Shown piece by piece: positions 39,830 through 51,568 of a stretch of 64,000 nucleotides of DNA. The DNA comes from a virus. Lineage: Duplodnaviria > Caudoviricetes. Within the stretch, counting starts at the first letter, position 1. Each line of letters opens with the position of its first letter. The stretch lies in the IMG/VR virus record IMGVR_UViG_3300026549_000895, positions 1 to 64,000 of that record. One strand, written 5' to 3'. The notes below the pieces were generated by a model. It saw nothing but the letters and a program-made list of their open reading frames with translations. It was not told the origin of the DNA and searched no databases. The translations under genes were made by a program, and so were the position numbers.

Positions 39830-40369
39830 TTAGCTTCGTAATTCGTTTAAAGCACTCAATGACAAATTGACAACATCAAGAGTCTTTAAGGTTTCATACA
39901 TTGCAACAGCATCTTCAAGAGGAATAACAATACGAGCTCCTCTGCCATCATCCAATTCCATTCCTGGAAATGTTTCCTGAGATGGAGAAACATATAAGGC
40001 TGGTAAAATTGTGATATTCATTGAAGACTGAGCTTTCTCAGCTTTGAATCTTTCAAGAACTCTTTCAGACATTTCGAAATCTGGTGAACCAACATTCGGA
40101 AATAATTCAAATAGATTTTCCGATATTAATTTTATCGAATTCTTTAATAATGCTTTGAAAGCTCCGAACTGTCTATCAGTAACGAAGAATCCTTTTTCTC
40201 CAGATCCCGCATTTATTGATAATGCATATGAAAGATTAATAGCTCCCCAATTTTTACCAGATCTATATGTTCTATATTTTGACTCTGGATCATCAATGTA
40301 TGTATAAACAAACTGACATTCCAATTTCCTACATATAAATCCATTGTAAATATTGATATAAACCTTCAT
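39830..40369 (-). CDS. Hypothetical protein downstream of RNAP beta
   Basis: 179 aa, GGAG RBS, hairpin at 39797-39820. Confidence 0.6.
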   Translation of the reverse strand: MKVYINIYNGFICRKLECQFVYTYIDDPESKYRTYRSGKNWGAINLSYALSINAGSGEKGFFVTDRQFGAFKALLKNSIKLISENLFELFPNVGSPDFEMSERVLERFKAEKAQSSMNITILPALYVSPSQETFPGMELDDGRGARIVIPLEDAVAMYETLKTLDVVNLSLSALNELRS

Positions 40370-40383
40370 TCCAATTCTCCAAT

Positions 40384-43258
40384 TTACTTATTTCTCTTCT
40401 GAGCTTTACGCTTCTTTTCCTGAGCTTTCTCCTCAAGCTCATCTTGTGTGGTTACAGATATCTCCTTAGGTACCTTGTAATTCAAGTTGATATAAGCATG
40501 TGTAACCATGTTATCGAGAATAAGATTGAATTCTTTGATATTGGTAGCATTGAATCTGACGGATCTTGCATTAGGAAATTCTTCATTAATGAACTTATAA
40601 AGTTCGAATTTGATAGATGGATATTTGTTTACATCCGAATGGTTCATCTCGTAAAGATTTGCATATGGAGAAATCATACCAGTCTGACCAACATCCTTCG
40701 ATGTTGCATATACATCAATCTTTCCGAGCATGGAAGGTGTAAGTTGCTTGTGAGCATGTGAGATCTTGTGCTTGTCATTATGTCCAAGTGAATTTGGCAG
40801 TATGTTCACGTGAATTGCAAGTTCACGCAGTTCTCTTATGAACTTCTTCGGCTTTCGCCGAATGCTCAGACTATATCTTTCAATGCTTGTTATCTCAACA
40901 ATCATTGACATTTCGTTTCGATTTAAATAGGAATTACATGGTAATTGCCCAACACCTATACCACATAAGCTTTGGCTCTACTCTACTCCATTTATATTTT
41001 TCCAAATACAATCAGTTTCGATAGTCGTTGAACGCGTATCTATGGTCTTTTATAAATTTAATTCTGTCAACGAATATATCGGGTATATCCAATTGACAAC
41101 AAATTTCTTCAGATGTTTTATTTTTATCAATCAAATCAAGTATTTTTGGAGTATATTTCCAATAATCAATATCTGATTCTCTGATAATATACATTGATGA
41201 TATTTGCTCCCATTTATGTCGCTTTTTAATATCATATACCGTCGTAGGTGTAACTCCTGTAAAGAAAGCTATATTGCCCAAAGTCAAACCCTGTTCAAGT
41301 AATTCACAAACGTGTTTTATTTGAGAATAACTATACTTATTAGCAGGATTATCAGTTCCATATCTTGGCTTACACAGACCTGTTTTCCAAGCATGCTCAA
41401 TATTTTCTTTATGAGTAACCCACTCGAGGTTCGATACATCATTATCGGTTTTATCACCGTTTTTATGATTTACATAATCTCTGGTCAAATCATCATTTGG
41501 TATATAAGCTTTTGCGACAAGTCGATGAACTTGATAGGTTTTTGAAGTCTTTGATATTGGATCATGTAAATCTATCAATAAGTAGCCAGATGGATTTGGA
41601 TATGGTTTGAGAAATCTTTTTGATATTTCACTATATATTCTTCCATCTCGAGTTACTAAGTATGGGTATTTTATACCATCACATTCAATTCTTGCTATCC
41701 TATTATTATTTTCATCATAATATACGATATAACATCACCTTCTTTCTTTCAGTATTTTTAATTCCCGATATTCATAGATACTTCGCTGCGGATTGACCAT
41801 ATATCTCATGACCTTAATTACTATACAATCGGCATTACCCGATTCCGCCATATTCTTGCAAATATGGTTTAGTAGTCAGAGCTCTTAGGCATCCAGATTA
41901 AATCCAGATAGTGATTTCGGCAATCACTCTTCCCCGTCAATTTAGAAACATTTGGCCGCCAGTTGACCATTTGTGGTATACTTAAGATTCTCATAATAAT
42001 CCAGATCATTTGCAAAATCTATAGACTGAACAAGTTCTGTCTTATACAGATTCTTTATAACCTGGAAAGCATTCATCTTCATTTTTGGTTCAGCATCATC
42101 CATCTTCAATAATGTTCCATACTTAAACAAAGATTTCAGCTTGGCAGATATCTCAGCAGTTACAATTGTAGATATAGCTTCATTCATTCTGAATCTCTTA
42201 TTTGAGAAATTGAATATATCAACATCTTTGAATTCTGTCTGGAGAATATATCTTAAGAAAGTACACATGTTACGTTTATCACATTCAGGAATAGGAAGAT
42301 TTAAAGCTGTTGCAGTATCAAGCATTCTTCCAACATATACCTGATGACATGCTCCTCTGTGATCAAGAGTTCCAGGATACTCAGATAACTTCCAAATCCA
42401 CCAGTTCGGATTCGACAGATTCTCATAAGTTTCTACTTCATAATCACGTATCATCTTACATGCCATTACCAGAATATTACGAACATATTTGAAGTCCGGT
42501 CTATCTAAAGCTTTACGATATGCCTTGATATAAATCTCATATTCTGGTTCAGGTTTGAAGTATTCAAACTTATCTGTGTCATCCCCTACCCCCTGACAAA
42601 ACTGTAAAATCGGGAAAACTTCGAGATATGACAGTACACAAGGGATGTGCATGAATGATGCCAATGTCAACTCAAACTGTTTGAACACCTGTACGTTTAC
42701 AACGTTTGCATCCGAAACAATGTAACCATTCAGAGAAGTTTCAGTTGTCGGAATTCTTTCTATCGTAATAGGAAGCAATGATTTGAAAACTGAACCATTG
42801 TTCTTTGCGGGATATAACAGTTTATCTACGAGCTGATACTGAGTATACTTTATGTCATCCAACAGATATCTACCATGTTTATCTTCTATCGGAATATACA
42901 TCTTGGAAGGAATAACCTTTCTAACAAGGTTATCAAATTTATCTCTTGCACCGAGATAAATATCAAAGTATAAGATGCCAATTCTCGATGGTTTGGTAGA
43001 CTTGGTTTTTATCTTTGTACCTGTTTCTCTACGTCTATCCTGTATCTCATCTATCGAAGGATGAGGATCCCATCTGAAATTAATTAAATGGATGAACGGC
43101 GTTACGCCGTCATCTATTTTGTATAAGTTCAGAATATTCAATATTTCGATGTCTTGTAAAGCTTTCTTTACATAAACCCATAATGGAATATCTTCACCGA
43201 GTTTAACGCTGACTTTTCCAAAAGGATTATCCAGATTTTTGACTATATAATCTTTCAT
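40384..43258 (-). CDS. RNA polymerase beta N-terminal subunit, spliced: exon1 43258-41966, exon2 40797-40384
   Basis: Spliced KYTTNG|PNSLG...LTPSMLGKIDVYATSKDVGQTGMISP aligns with RpoB fork-loop region ALGPGGL...[32 protein letters not shown] corresponds to NRRIR. Confidence 0.85.
40798..41965 (-). mobile_element. Group I intron (1168 nt) with HNH homing endonuclease
   Basis: Exon ends GGU, intron ends CUG; P AAUUGACGGGGAA, Q AAUCCGCAGC, R GUUCAACGACUA, S AAGAUAUAGUC; UGGU/GCCA P1. Confidence 0.9.
41012..41728 (-). CDS. Intron-encoded NUMOD4-HNH homing endonuclease
   Basis: YLVTRDGRIYS...GYLLIDL...VHRLVAKAYIPN...VNHKNGDKTDNDVSNLEWVT; frame is open 50 codons upstream of the track start, to an ATC after AGAAGGTGA. 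Confidence 0.85.
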   Translation of the reverse strand: MVYYDENNNRIARIECDGIKYPYLVTRDGRIYSEISKRFLKPYPNPSGYLLIDLHDPISKTSKTYQVHRLVAKAYIPNDDLTRDYVNHKNGDKTDNDVSNLEWVTHKENIEHAWKTGLCKPRYGTDNPANKYSYSQIKHVCELLEQGLTLGNIAFFTGVTPTTVYDIKKRHKWEQISSMYIIRESDIDYWKYTPKILDLIDKNKTSEEICCQLDIPDIFVDRIKFIKDHRYAFNDYRN

Positions 43259-43331
43259 CTTCTAATCACACTCCGATCAAAAATTTAGTATAGATAGGTG
43301 TATTTCCATCCATCGAAAAAATTATATAAAT

Positions 43332-46300
43332 ATGAAAGAAGGGAATGTCTTGAAAAGAAAGTATCCCATAACGACTCCGGATACTCTAAGAAGAGTTCTT
43401 CATACCAACAAAGCTTTCTTTGATACTCATGTAAAAAAGAATGAAGGCTATGTTGATACCAACGGTTCTGTTTATAATGGAACGGTTGAAAACTTTGGTG
43501 GAGAGCTTTTGTTAGAATCCAGAAAGTTATTATTGAATAAACCAAGCATTGACAAAATCAAAGTATCATCTGAATTTCTTCAATATTTTGATATTAAATA
43601 TGCTGGCGATGTTAGTACATATGAACAGCAGAATCTGATTATATGTACTTTGAAAGAAGACGTCTTCACAGATAATCATACATGGCAAATTAAGTTACCA
43701 TGTGACTCTCGACCTATACCGAGATCATTAACCGATACCATCGACTTAGGAATGATTCATTCATTGAGTAAATCGGATTCAATGATAAGTAGAGAGAATT
43801 TCTATCAGACTAATAAAGATGTTGTCATCGTAAAAGACGGTGTTGATATTCCTTTGAAGTTTTCAGAGATTGGCAACAATACAATCTATGCAAGATATTG
43901 GTATTGCGATAAGCAAATGTATACTGATATTCCGGCTCCAGATGATCCCGAAAATAATCACATTATCGGAATCAAATCAATGAATAATATGACTAATTCT
44001 GAATGGAAGAATCAGGTAATGTTTTATATTCAGAATGATACATTGAATACAGTTCCTTACGTTGGTATCGATGCAAGTGCATATGATGATTTTCCGTTGT
44101 TAAGATATGGAGCAAATGGACATGATAATTCATTCGTATTTCCGGGTATGGAACCCGGAACATATGGAATTTATACCGACACTGGAAACTTACCAGAACC
44201 TATCAGAGTTCCAGATGATCCCGAAAGAGTTGATGGAGATTGGTTCATCGAATTAATTCCAGCCAGAGGATATTCCTTTAAGAATGTTGATGGATTATAT
44301 GACAAATCAAATGATTATGTAGTAATTGATAAAGTTGTGTACTATCGAGCTGATAGTTACGATGGTACTCGTACTGCGGAATATGAATATGATATTCCTT
44401 CGGATTACGTTCATCATTTCCCATGCAATAATATCAATGGATTTATGAATGATGGAAAGATGTATACAACACGATCATTCTCAACTCTAATAAATCCGGA
44501 CAATACTCATATCTATTATGATCGTATACAACATAAATACTATACTTGGAATGGTATTATCTATAAAGAAATCCTTTCAGGTCAAGGTATCCAATACTAT
44601 ACAGATGAAAACGAAGTTGTTCATGGATATGCAGCATTTGATAATTACCGATATAACTATAGAAAAGATGAAGCCGATAAGTGGGTTATCACTGCTTTGT
44701 TGAGAGCAGAATATCAAACTTCCGCTTTATACAATTATGAATATTTAAAAGGCGATGCGGTTTCTGGTATTCATATCAATTCAACTTCAATGCATTCTGA
44801 CAATGGTATTATTGAAAAGAATGGTATAACTCACAACATGTGTGATTTCGATGGTCTTCCTTCTTACTTCCATAATTTCTATAACAATAGAAATGTATGT
44901 TTCTCTCGTTCAATTATATATGCAATTCGTGATGATATCAATCATGAAAATCAATCCCCAACTGATAAGCCAACTGCTGGATTGATTGTTGATTCTGGTT
45001 ATCCTATCACACAAGTCAAGTATTCATATGACATGGAATCAGATATTCATTATGTCGATCCGGATGCATATGAAGGCGATGGTGAATATTCATCCACAAC
45101 GAATTATCTTTCTGATATTGCATATGTTGACGATGATGAATTCGCTGATACACATTTAACAGGTGAGAATGTTCGCTATCGTTTTATTTATCACGGTAAT
45201 CATTTCTTCTCAACCGATATTGTTGAATTCGACCCAGATATGAACTATGGTCGTGTATATTACGTTGGTAATGATCCTGCCGTATTCACATCAAATTTAG
45301 ATGGACATTTACCCGGAAGAACATTAGCCAGAATTTGTGATATTCCGACTTCATTTACTCAATTACAGAATATACATGATTATGCTCCAACATACGTTGT
45401 TGATGTTGAATATAATAGAACAGAATCTCCATACGAAGAAGATGAACAATTAAAAGTATGGGATGAATATGTTCCAGAGTGGGTTCGTTCCAATAATGGA
45501 GTAATCTTCCCGAAGTATTATCGGTATTATGATTTTTGGAGAGATTATTTAACCAGCGGAAATCCCCATTGTGTATACGATAATCTGAATTGTTATATTA
45601 CAATTCCTTCTGCTGATAATACAATAACTATCAACAATGCCGGTACTGGTTATGACATTGATGATGAATTTTCTATTCAAATTGGTGGCCAAACCATCAA
45701 TGGTGTTGTTACAGATGCGAACAATGGTGAAGTTATATCTATCGAAATAGATGGCTCCTTCAATATTCATTATACTTTCTTATCACAATTAACAACATTT
45801 ACAACCACAACAAAAGTTGGTTCTGGTACTGGATTAACTTTGGATATCAATGTTCCAGATTACAATTCATATCTGAGACAGCTGAAAGGTTATCCAGAAG
45901 ACATGTTCGTTCTGATGTTTGATAGCATAGATAATTTGTGGATATACAATGCTACAAATAGTGAATTCACAAAAGAATGCAAATTGACAGGTGTCAATCA
46001 TCCTGATAATCCATATGTTGATGAATCAATTGAAATGAATGATGCTTTCATTAATGATTTAAAGAATAAGAATATCTTTGTTCCAAACAATTATCTGCAT
46101 AAGAAAATAAATGATGAAATAAAGATTCCCGTCAATCAGAATTCTCCTTCAATTACAACTGATATTCTTCCTTTGGATATTCCTATTGATACTCCTGAAG
46201 ACTTATCTGCTTATCTTGAATTGATATATCAAAATGAACAGAACTCAATGTTCTTCATTTACAAAAATTCATATGAGGATCATTATAGAACATATAAGAT

Positions 46301-47138
46301 TGAAACATATCCCGATTCAGAAGTGAATGAAGTTGTATTACCAAAGAATCATCAACTCAATCTGAAAAGGTATTCGAACATGAGTTGTGCTTTCTCATAT
46401 ACAGGACGTGATAAGAGTCAAATGGATATGTGTATCTTCAATCCTTCTAAGACAACAATTTCTTCTTATGAATGGAAGAGTTCTGGAACATATGTGAATG
46501 AAACAGTACCTAATGCTCCAAAGGTTGTTGCTGATTCAGGACCTACATACATTTCAGAAGCCGTTCACGATGAATCATATGTAACACGTGGAAATATTTA
46601 CATGTCTGCATCGGATCATTATAACGGTTGGGTTGAGAATTTACAATCAACACTGGAAGAAATGAGTCGTGATGAATTGTTACAATATATCGAAGATACT
46701 TTCAAGAATGAACATTGTGAACCCTTGGAAGCTGAAAGAGCATATATCGAAACTATCGATGAAGATCTTCCTTTCTACAGATATTCCAAGGAAGACTTGA
46801 TAACATACATCATAGCCAACAGTGTTGATGAAGTCAACAAAGTAGATGGTGTACATCTTGTTCAAACTATTAATACAAGAATGGACTCTGATGAATATCA
46901 TGCTACCGGTGATTGGCAATTGATTGATGTTGAAACATATGATCCAAATGCAATTGTTAATACAAATGAACGGAGACCAAATGAGATTTGTTATGTATTC
47001 AAGTTTGATTCTTTGATAGCAGATTTTGATCAGTTCAGAATGTTCGATGCTGATGGAGTAGATATATCAGATAAATGCTTACTCATCTATGATGGTAATG
47101 CTTGGTATTTCAGCAACAATAGATGGGTTCGTAAATAA
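43332..47138 (+). CDS. Large virion protein (tail fibre/baseplate appendage), paralog of 47156..50524
   Basis: 1268 aa, D/N/Y/T-rich; shared block YGRVYYVGNDPA...RTLARICDIPTS; GTGY..DD and GSGTG motifs. Confidence 0.55.
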   Translation: MKEGNVLKRKYPITTPDTLRRVLHTNKAFFDTHVKKNEGYVDTNGSVYNGTVENFGGELLLESRKLLLNKPSIDKIKVSSEFLQYFDIKYAGDVSTYEQQNLIICTLKEDVFTDNHTWQIKLPCDSRPIPRSLTDTIDLGMIHSLSKSDSMISRENFYQTNKDVVIVKDGVDIPLKFSEIGNNTIYARYWYCDKQMYTDIPAPDDPENNHIIGIKSMNNMTNSEWKNQVMFYIQNDTLNTVPYVGIDASAYDDFPLLRYGANGHDNSFVFPGMEPGTYGIYTDTGNLPEPIRVPDDPERVDGDWFIELIPARGYSFKNVDGLYDKSNDYVVIDKVVYYRADSYDGTRTAEYEYDIPSDYVHHFPCNNINGFMNDGKMYTTRSFSTLINPDNTHIYYDRIQHKYYTWNGIIYKEILSGQGIQYYTDENEVVHGYAAFDNYRYNYRKDEADKWVITALLRAEYQTSALYNYEYLKGDAVSGIHINSTSMHSDNGIIEKNGITHNMCDFDGLPSYFHNFYNNRNVCFSRSIIYAIRDDINHENQSPTDKPTAGLIVDSGYPITQVKYSYDMESDIHYVDPDAYEGDGEYSSTTNYLSDIAYVDDDEFADTHLTGENVRYRFIYHGNHFFSTDIVEFDPDMNYGRVYYVGNDPAVFTSNLDGHLPGRTLARICDIPTSFTQLQNIHDYAPTYVVDVEYNRTESPYEEDEQLKVWDEYVPEWVRSNNGVIFPKYYRYYDFWRDYLTSGNPHCVYDNLNCYITIPSADNTITINNAGTGYDIDDEFSIQIGGQTINGVVTDANNGEVISIEIDGSFNIHYTFLSQLTTFTTTTKVGSGTGLTLDINVPDYNSYLRQLKGYPEDMFVLMFDSIDNLWIYNATNSEFTKECKLTGVNHPDNPYVDESIEMNDAFINDLKNKNIFVPNNYLHKKINDEIKIPVNQNSPSITTDILPLDIPIDTPEDLSAYLELIYQNEQNSMFFIYKNSYEDHYRTYKIETYPDSEVNEVVLPKNHQLNLKRYSNMSCAFSYTGRDKSQMDMCIFNPSKTTISSYEWKSSGTYVNETVPNAPKVVADSGPTYISEAVHDESYVTRGNIYMSASDHYNGWVENLQSTLEEMSRDELLQYIEDTFKNEHCEPLEAERAYIETIDEDLPFYRYSKEDLITYIIANSVDEVNKVDGVHLVQTINTRMDSDEYHATGDWQLIDVETYDPNAIVNTNERRPNEICYVFKFDSLIADFDQFRMFDADGVDISDKCLLIYDGNAWYFSNNRWVRK

Positions 47139-47155
47139 AGAAAGAAGGTAATATA

Positions 47156-50100
47156 ATGGCTGATAAAAATTTCTTATATTCAGGAGCCAATACCATGAGA
47201 ATACTCATGGATCAAGAACGAAAGCATTGGTTGCTAAAGACAGATAAATCAAAAACATTACAGGACAAAGAAACCGGTGATATGTTTAAATCGGTTATCG
47301 ACAATAACGGTGGAGAGATTGTTCTCTCCACCGAGAAACTTACTGATTCCAACGATTTCTTTCAGACATTGAAATTCAATGTTGCAACTTCATCAGGTAG
47401 TGACATTCTGGAATTTCAATCTTCGGCTTTCACTTATTGTCCTGAAGTGAATGGTTTGACATTCGCTCGTGTTAAAGCTTCAAAGTATCCATATTCATAT
47501 GGAGGAAGTGTACAATATTTCAATTACAAAGTCAAATTTGAAAACTGTGAAATTGTTACTTTGTTATTTGGAACATCAAAGAATTCTTCAAATGTAATTC
47601 CTACAAAATGGATCAAAACCTCAACTGTTCCAAAGGTTGTTGTAATCAATACGGCTGATTCAAATAATGTAATTGTCGAACAATCTTTGGCATTTGATTC
47701 CAATATAACAAATCCGGTTTGGTATTATCCATTAACGGAATCTTTACAGCCTTTTGCTTTGACAGAAACCGCGGCTAATGAATACACAACTTCATTGGTA
47801 GTTTCAGATAATAACATTGGATATCCAATGTATTGGTTCACTTGTGATAATTCAAACATTGGACCGAATGTGACAATAACCGATGCTGGTAATGTCAATA
47901 ACAACGGTGACACAATTATCTATTTCGGTTCGGAAGGTAATGGTTCTCGGTATAATGTTCTTGGATATGTCGGTATAGATGGAAATGAAGATGCTACTCC
48001 AACATGCGATTCAACATCCAATTTCTTTATACTCGTACATCCAAAGGATCCCAACGTAACATTCTCCGGAAACATACTTACTGACAGGCATATCGATTTG
48101 TCAAGAAATATAGTTTTCCGAGATGATACTGATCTTACAGAGCACACGATTCCGATTGTATTCTCTTCAGATGAAGGTAGTACAATATTGATGAATACAG
48201 ATGATTGTGTTTGGAATTATGAAGATAACACAACATATTCTATTCAGATGAATACATTTGATAGAAACTGCATGAATACCGGAACAACAATAAGCAATCT
48301 GCTTCCATTCATAAAAATACATCTTGATGAATCAGTTCCATTCGAAGTTGATGATACTGACTATGGAATGGCTGGTGTGTATATGTCATCCATGAATCCA
48401 AAGGATGATATTCAAACAGGTTATCCTTTTGATATTTCTAACTTTGATGGCTTGCCGACATGGATGACAACGGATGAACCAGATCGTCAAAGACTTGCTA
48501 TGTATGCAATTCATAACACTCCGTTCTATGCTGAAAGCGATCCTATGTCACGCCAAGTATCAGGATTGTTATTCGATCTTGGTGAAACAGTTCCTGATTC
48601 AGATGAATCATTGTCTTCTAATCAGTATGGAAGAATCTATTACGTAGGTAATGACCCAGCTGAATACGAAAACAACGCAACTTCAGAACATCCAAAACCT
48701 GCGAGAACATTGGCAAGAATTTGTGATATACCAACCTCTGTTGTTCAGTTATCAAACATATCCGGTTTGGCACCTTCTTCAATTGTTGATAAGAAATATG
48801 TTCGTACAGAAGCTTCTTATACAGAAGAAGAAAAAGATAGAGTATGGAATATTCTGTCATCAAGATGGGTTCGCCCTTCAAATGTAGATGAAGATAATAA
48901 TCCTATTTATTCAGAAGGACAAACAATGGTATTCAATTCCGAAGAAGATTTGAATCGTGTTGATTTGATTTCCCACAATGATTTCCGTTATCGTTTGAAT
49001 CTCAATCCCAAAGTTGATACTGATGATGTTTATATTTCATCAATTACAGAAAAGGGATCTGGATATGCTTTCAATGATAACATTCTTCTCGTTGTCGGAG
49101 GTTTCTCATTCAATATTCAAGTATTGACAGTTGATGCAGATGGTGGAGTATTGACAGCCGGTATTGGTGCTGCAGAAGCTTCCGAAATCAATCTTTCTAA
49201 CTTCAATATGAATTCTTCAGGTTCCGGTAATACAGAAGAATATTCGACATCTCCTCGAAATGGTTCTGGTTCTGGTTTCAAATGCATTCTTGGAATTAGA
49301 AATTATTCTCAATATCAACCGAAAAAGGGTGGAATCTTTGAAGACTTGTTTGCAGTTGTTCATCTTTCTGATGGAATATACTTCTATCAATATAAGATAA
49401 ATCATCCTTCAAAGGAAACTCTGTTGACTGGTCATTGGGAGAAAGGTCAAAAGATATCTTCATTGGTTGATTCTTCTCAAATAACTGCGGATGGAAATCT
49501 ATCTGTTGAAGACGCTTACACTGTCGGAAATATTCCTCATTACAGAGGTATCAATGTTCAACGTAATATTGATGATTCTCCGACATTGACAATTGTTGGA
49601 ATGAAAACAAATAACTGTATAAACATTCCTTCATCAAGTGTTATCACACCGCTCAATTCCGATATAAATAAATTCTATTCAAATGGAGAAACTCTGAGTG
49701 CTACTGCAACAATGAGAACTCCATATGGAGTATCAAAGGCATTACATAACATTTCGAAATTGTATTATGATTCATATATCATTTGGAGATGGAAAACAAA
49801 TTCCTCAACAGATTTGAATTTCGAATATGCAATCATTCGTCGTTCTTTGAACAATTACATTTCGACTGATGTTACCAATTACTTACCTCCGAACGATTTG
49901 TATGTGAAGGATTATCTCCACACAAACGATGCAACTACAATCGTATGGAATACACCTGACAATCAAACATTTATATTTGTATTTGATGCTGAATATCAAA
50001 AGCACGAATCATATCAATATATCAACAATGGATTCCAAATCCAAACAAAGGATTTCTCATTTGATGATATTGATATAAAGACTGCAGCTTCTTATATAGC

Positions 50101-50524
50101 TCCTGTTTTGTTTGATGGAGATGGTCCTCTGGGTAAACTTGCTTGGAACATCATGACAACATCACCAACACTCGTGCATGCCAATGGAGCAATTCGTATT
50201 GATAACGATGTTGTTACATTCTCAGATTGGGAGATTGGCATTCAAAGACAAAACATCACACACGTTCCCATTGGTGGATGGCGTTGTATAATGCCAAAAC
50301 AAACAAAGTTCCGGTTCATCAATGGAACCACACAAGTTGTTCCAATTCAAATGGATGTGATTCGTCGTTCAGCAACAGCTTCTCAACAAACGGTCAGATT
50401 TGTTAAAGATTCAAATGCTGTTGATGTATCAGATCATACTTTGATTATTGATACAAATACATCTACGAATGAAACACATCTGAAAGTTTACAATCCTTCA
50501 ATTGACCAGTTCCAAGAATTATAA
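47156..50524 (+). CDS. Large virion protein (tail fibre/baseplate appendage), paralog of 43332..47138
   Basis: 1122 aa; YGRIYYVGNDPA...RTLARICDIPTS; GSGY..ND, GSGSG. Confidence 0.55.
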   Translation: MADKNFLYSGANTMRILMDQERKHWLLKTDKSKTLQDKETGDMFKSVIDNNGGEIVLSTEKLTDSNDFFQTLKFNVATSSGSDILEFQSSAFTYCPEVNGLTFARVKASKYPYSYGGSVQYFNYKVKFENCEIVTLLFGTSKNSSNVIPTKWIKTSTVPKVVVINTADSNNVIVEQSLAFDSNITNPVWYYPLTESLQPFALTETAANEYTTSLVVSDNNIGYPMYWFTCDNSNIGPNVTITDAGNVNNNGDTIIYFGSEGNGSRYNVLGYVGIDGNEDATPTCDSTSNFFILVHPKDPNVTFSGNILTDRHIDLSRNIVFRDDTDLTEHTIPIVFSSDEGSTILMNTDDCVWNYEDNTTYSIQMNTFDRNCMNTGTTISNLLPFIKIHLDESVPFEVDDTDYGMAGVYMSSMNPKDDIQTGYPFDISNFDGLPTWMTTDEPDRQRLAMYAIHNTPFYAESDPMSRQVSGLLFDLGETVPDSDESLSSNQYGRIYYVGNDPAEYENNATSEHPKPARTLARICDIPTSVVQLSNISGLAPSSIVDKKYVRTEASYTEEEKDRVWNILSSRWVRPSNVDEDNNPIYSEGQTMVFNSEEDLNRVDLISHNDFRYRLNLNPKVDTDDVYISSITEKGSGYAFNDNILLVVGGFSFNIQVLTVDADGGVLTAGIGAAEASEINLSNFNMNSSGSGNTEEYSTSPRNGSGSGFKCILGIRNYSQYQPKKGGIFEDLFAVVHLSDGIYFYQYKINHPSKETLLTGHWEKGQKISSLVDSSQITADGNLSVEDAYTVGNIPHYRGINVQRNIDDSPTLTIVGMKTNNCINIPSSSVITPLNSDINKFYSNGETLSATATMRTPYGVSKALHNISKLYYDSYIIWRWKTNSSTDLNFEYAIIRRSLNNYISTDVTNYLPPNDLYVKDYLHTNDATTIVWNTPDNQTFIFVFDAEYQKHESYQYINNGFQIQTKDFSFDDIDIKTAASYIAPVLFDGDGPLGKLAWNIMTTSPTLVHANGAIRIDNDVVTFSDWEIGIQRQNITHVPIGGWRCIMPKQTKFRFINGTTQVVPIQMDVIRRSATASQQTVRFVKDSNAVDVSDHTLIIDTNTSTNETHLKVYNPSIDQFQEL

Positions 50525-50532
50525 AAAAGAAA

Positions 50533-50555
50533 ATGCCCCGGGAATCCCGGGGCAT
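50533..50555. terminator. Bidirectional terminator
   Basis: atgccccggg-aat-cccggggcat. Confidence 0.8.
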
Positions 50556-50560
50556 ACTTT

Positions 50561-51568
50561 TTAAGATACAATTCCGAGTTCAATCTTATCGGGAGCAACA
50601 CCACAATCTTTGTCAATCATATTTTTGAATACTTTGACTCTGTAAAAACACTTTCTGTATTTCTTGATTTGTTTCTCAATATTGGTATAATCGTCATCAC
50701 AAATGATATTTACTTCAACAGATTCACCAAACAAACCTCTACCTATCAACCATTCAAATCCAGAAGAATACATTCTTCCCATGACAGCTATGAAGACATC
50801 ATTCATTTCAGTGAAATCAGATTCATCAACAGATTGTTCCAATTTGTTTTGCATTCCGATGACATCCATAACACCTTCACCCATCCATACTCTTATTACT
50901 CTTCCGGATAGATTGAATAAGTTTCCTATTACATAAATATTCTTTTCATGTTCTCGTTTGTTTGAAATGACCATCCATCTTTCACCTTTTCCAGATACTA
51001 ATCTTCCAACAACACTTCCATTTCTCATTCTGAACCAGATTCTATTATTCAAAATGATATGAGGATCGGTTACTTGTTTATATCCGATATCAATAAGATA
51101 CTTTTTGATGTTTGATACAACACACCATTCCAACATTTTATTTGTATCAATTGATTTAATATCGAAACGCTTCTTCATATATTCAATGATGTTGTTATCA
51201 TATCTATCATTGATTAAGTATTCTTTCAGATTACATTCAACATCACCATTTGAACTTTTGATTTGTTTACGATAACCTGAACTATTTCCTCTGATGATTT
51301 GGTCAAGTTCATTAACATCTCCATCATGAAAACTTCCAATACCTAATTTATCCAGAAATGTTGAATTGACAACTCCACTTTCTTGACAAATAAAACAATG
51401 ATAAAGCATTGGAGTATCATCATCTAATATCATTTTGATATAACATTTTCCTTTTCTTTCTCCACACCAAGGACAATAACAAATGCATTCTTGATCGTTT
51501 TGTCTTTTTAATAAACCACTATCAAGAATTCTCATTTTCCAATCTAACAATTTTCCATTGTTTCCCAT
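50561..51568 (-). CDS. DNA primase (DnaG/T4 gp61-like)
   Basis: N-terminal Zn finger CPWC...CFIC; Toprim EGVMD and DDD; KDCG. Confidence 0.85.
   Translation of the reverse strand: MGNNGKLLDWKMRILDSGLLKRQNDQECICYCPWCGERKGKCYIKMILDDDTPMLYHCFICQESGVVNSTFLDKLGIGSFHDGDVNELDQIIRGNSSGYRKQIKSSNGDVECNLKEYLINDRYDNNIIEYMKKRFDIKSIDTNKMLEWCVVSNIKKYLIDIGYKQVTDPHIILNNRIWFRMRNGSVVGRLVSGKGERWMVISNKREHEKNIYVIGNLFNLSGRVIRVWMGEGVMDVIGMQNKLEQSVDESDFTEMNDVFIAVMGRMYSSGFEWLIGRGLFGESVEVNIICDDDYTNIEKQIKKYRKCFYRVKVFKNMIDKDCGVAPDKIELGIVS

Noticed and set aside
40798-40911. N-terminal 38 aa of track ORF 40384..40911 as a separate gene start
   Set aside because: This stretch is intron sequence (S element and P9); the true exon begins at 40797
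45240-48740. Similar DNA blocks at ~45246-45355 and ~48626-48740 as a possible DGR template/variable repeat pair
   Set aside because: Differences are mostly synonymous, not adenine-specific; both lie mid-gene in paralogs; no reverse transcriptase in the window
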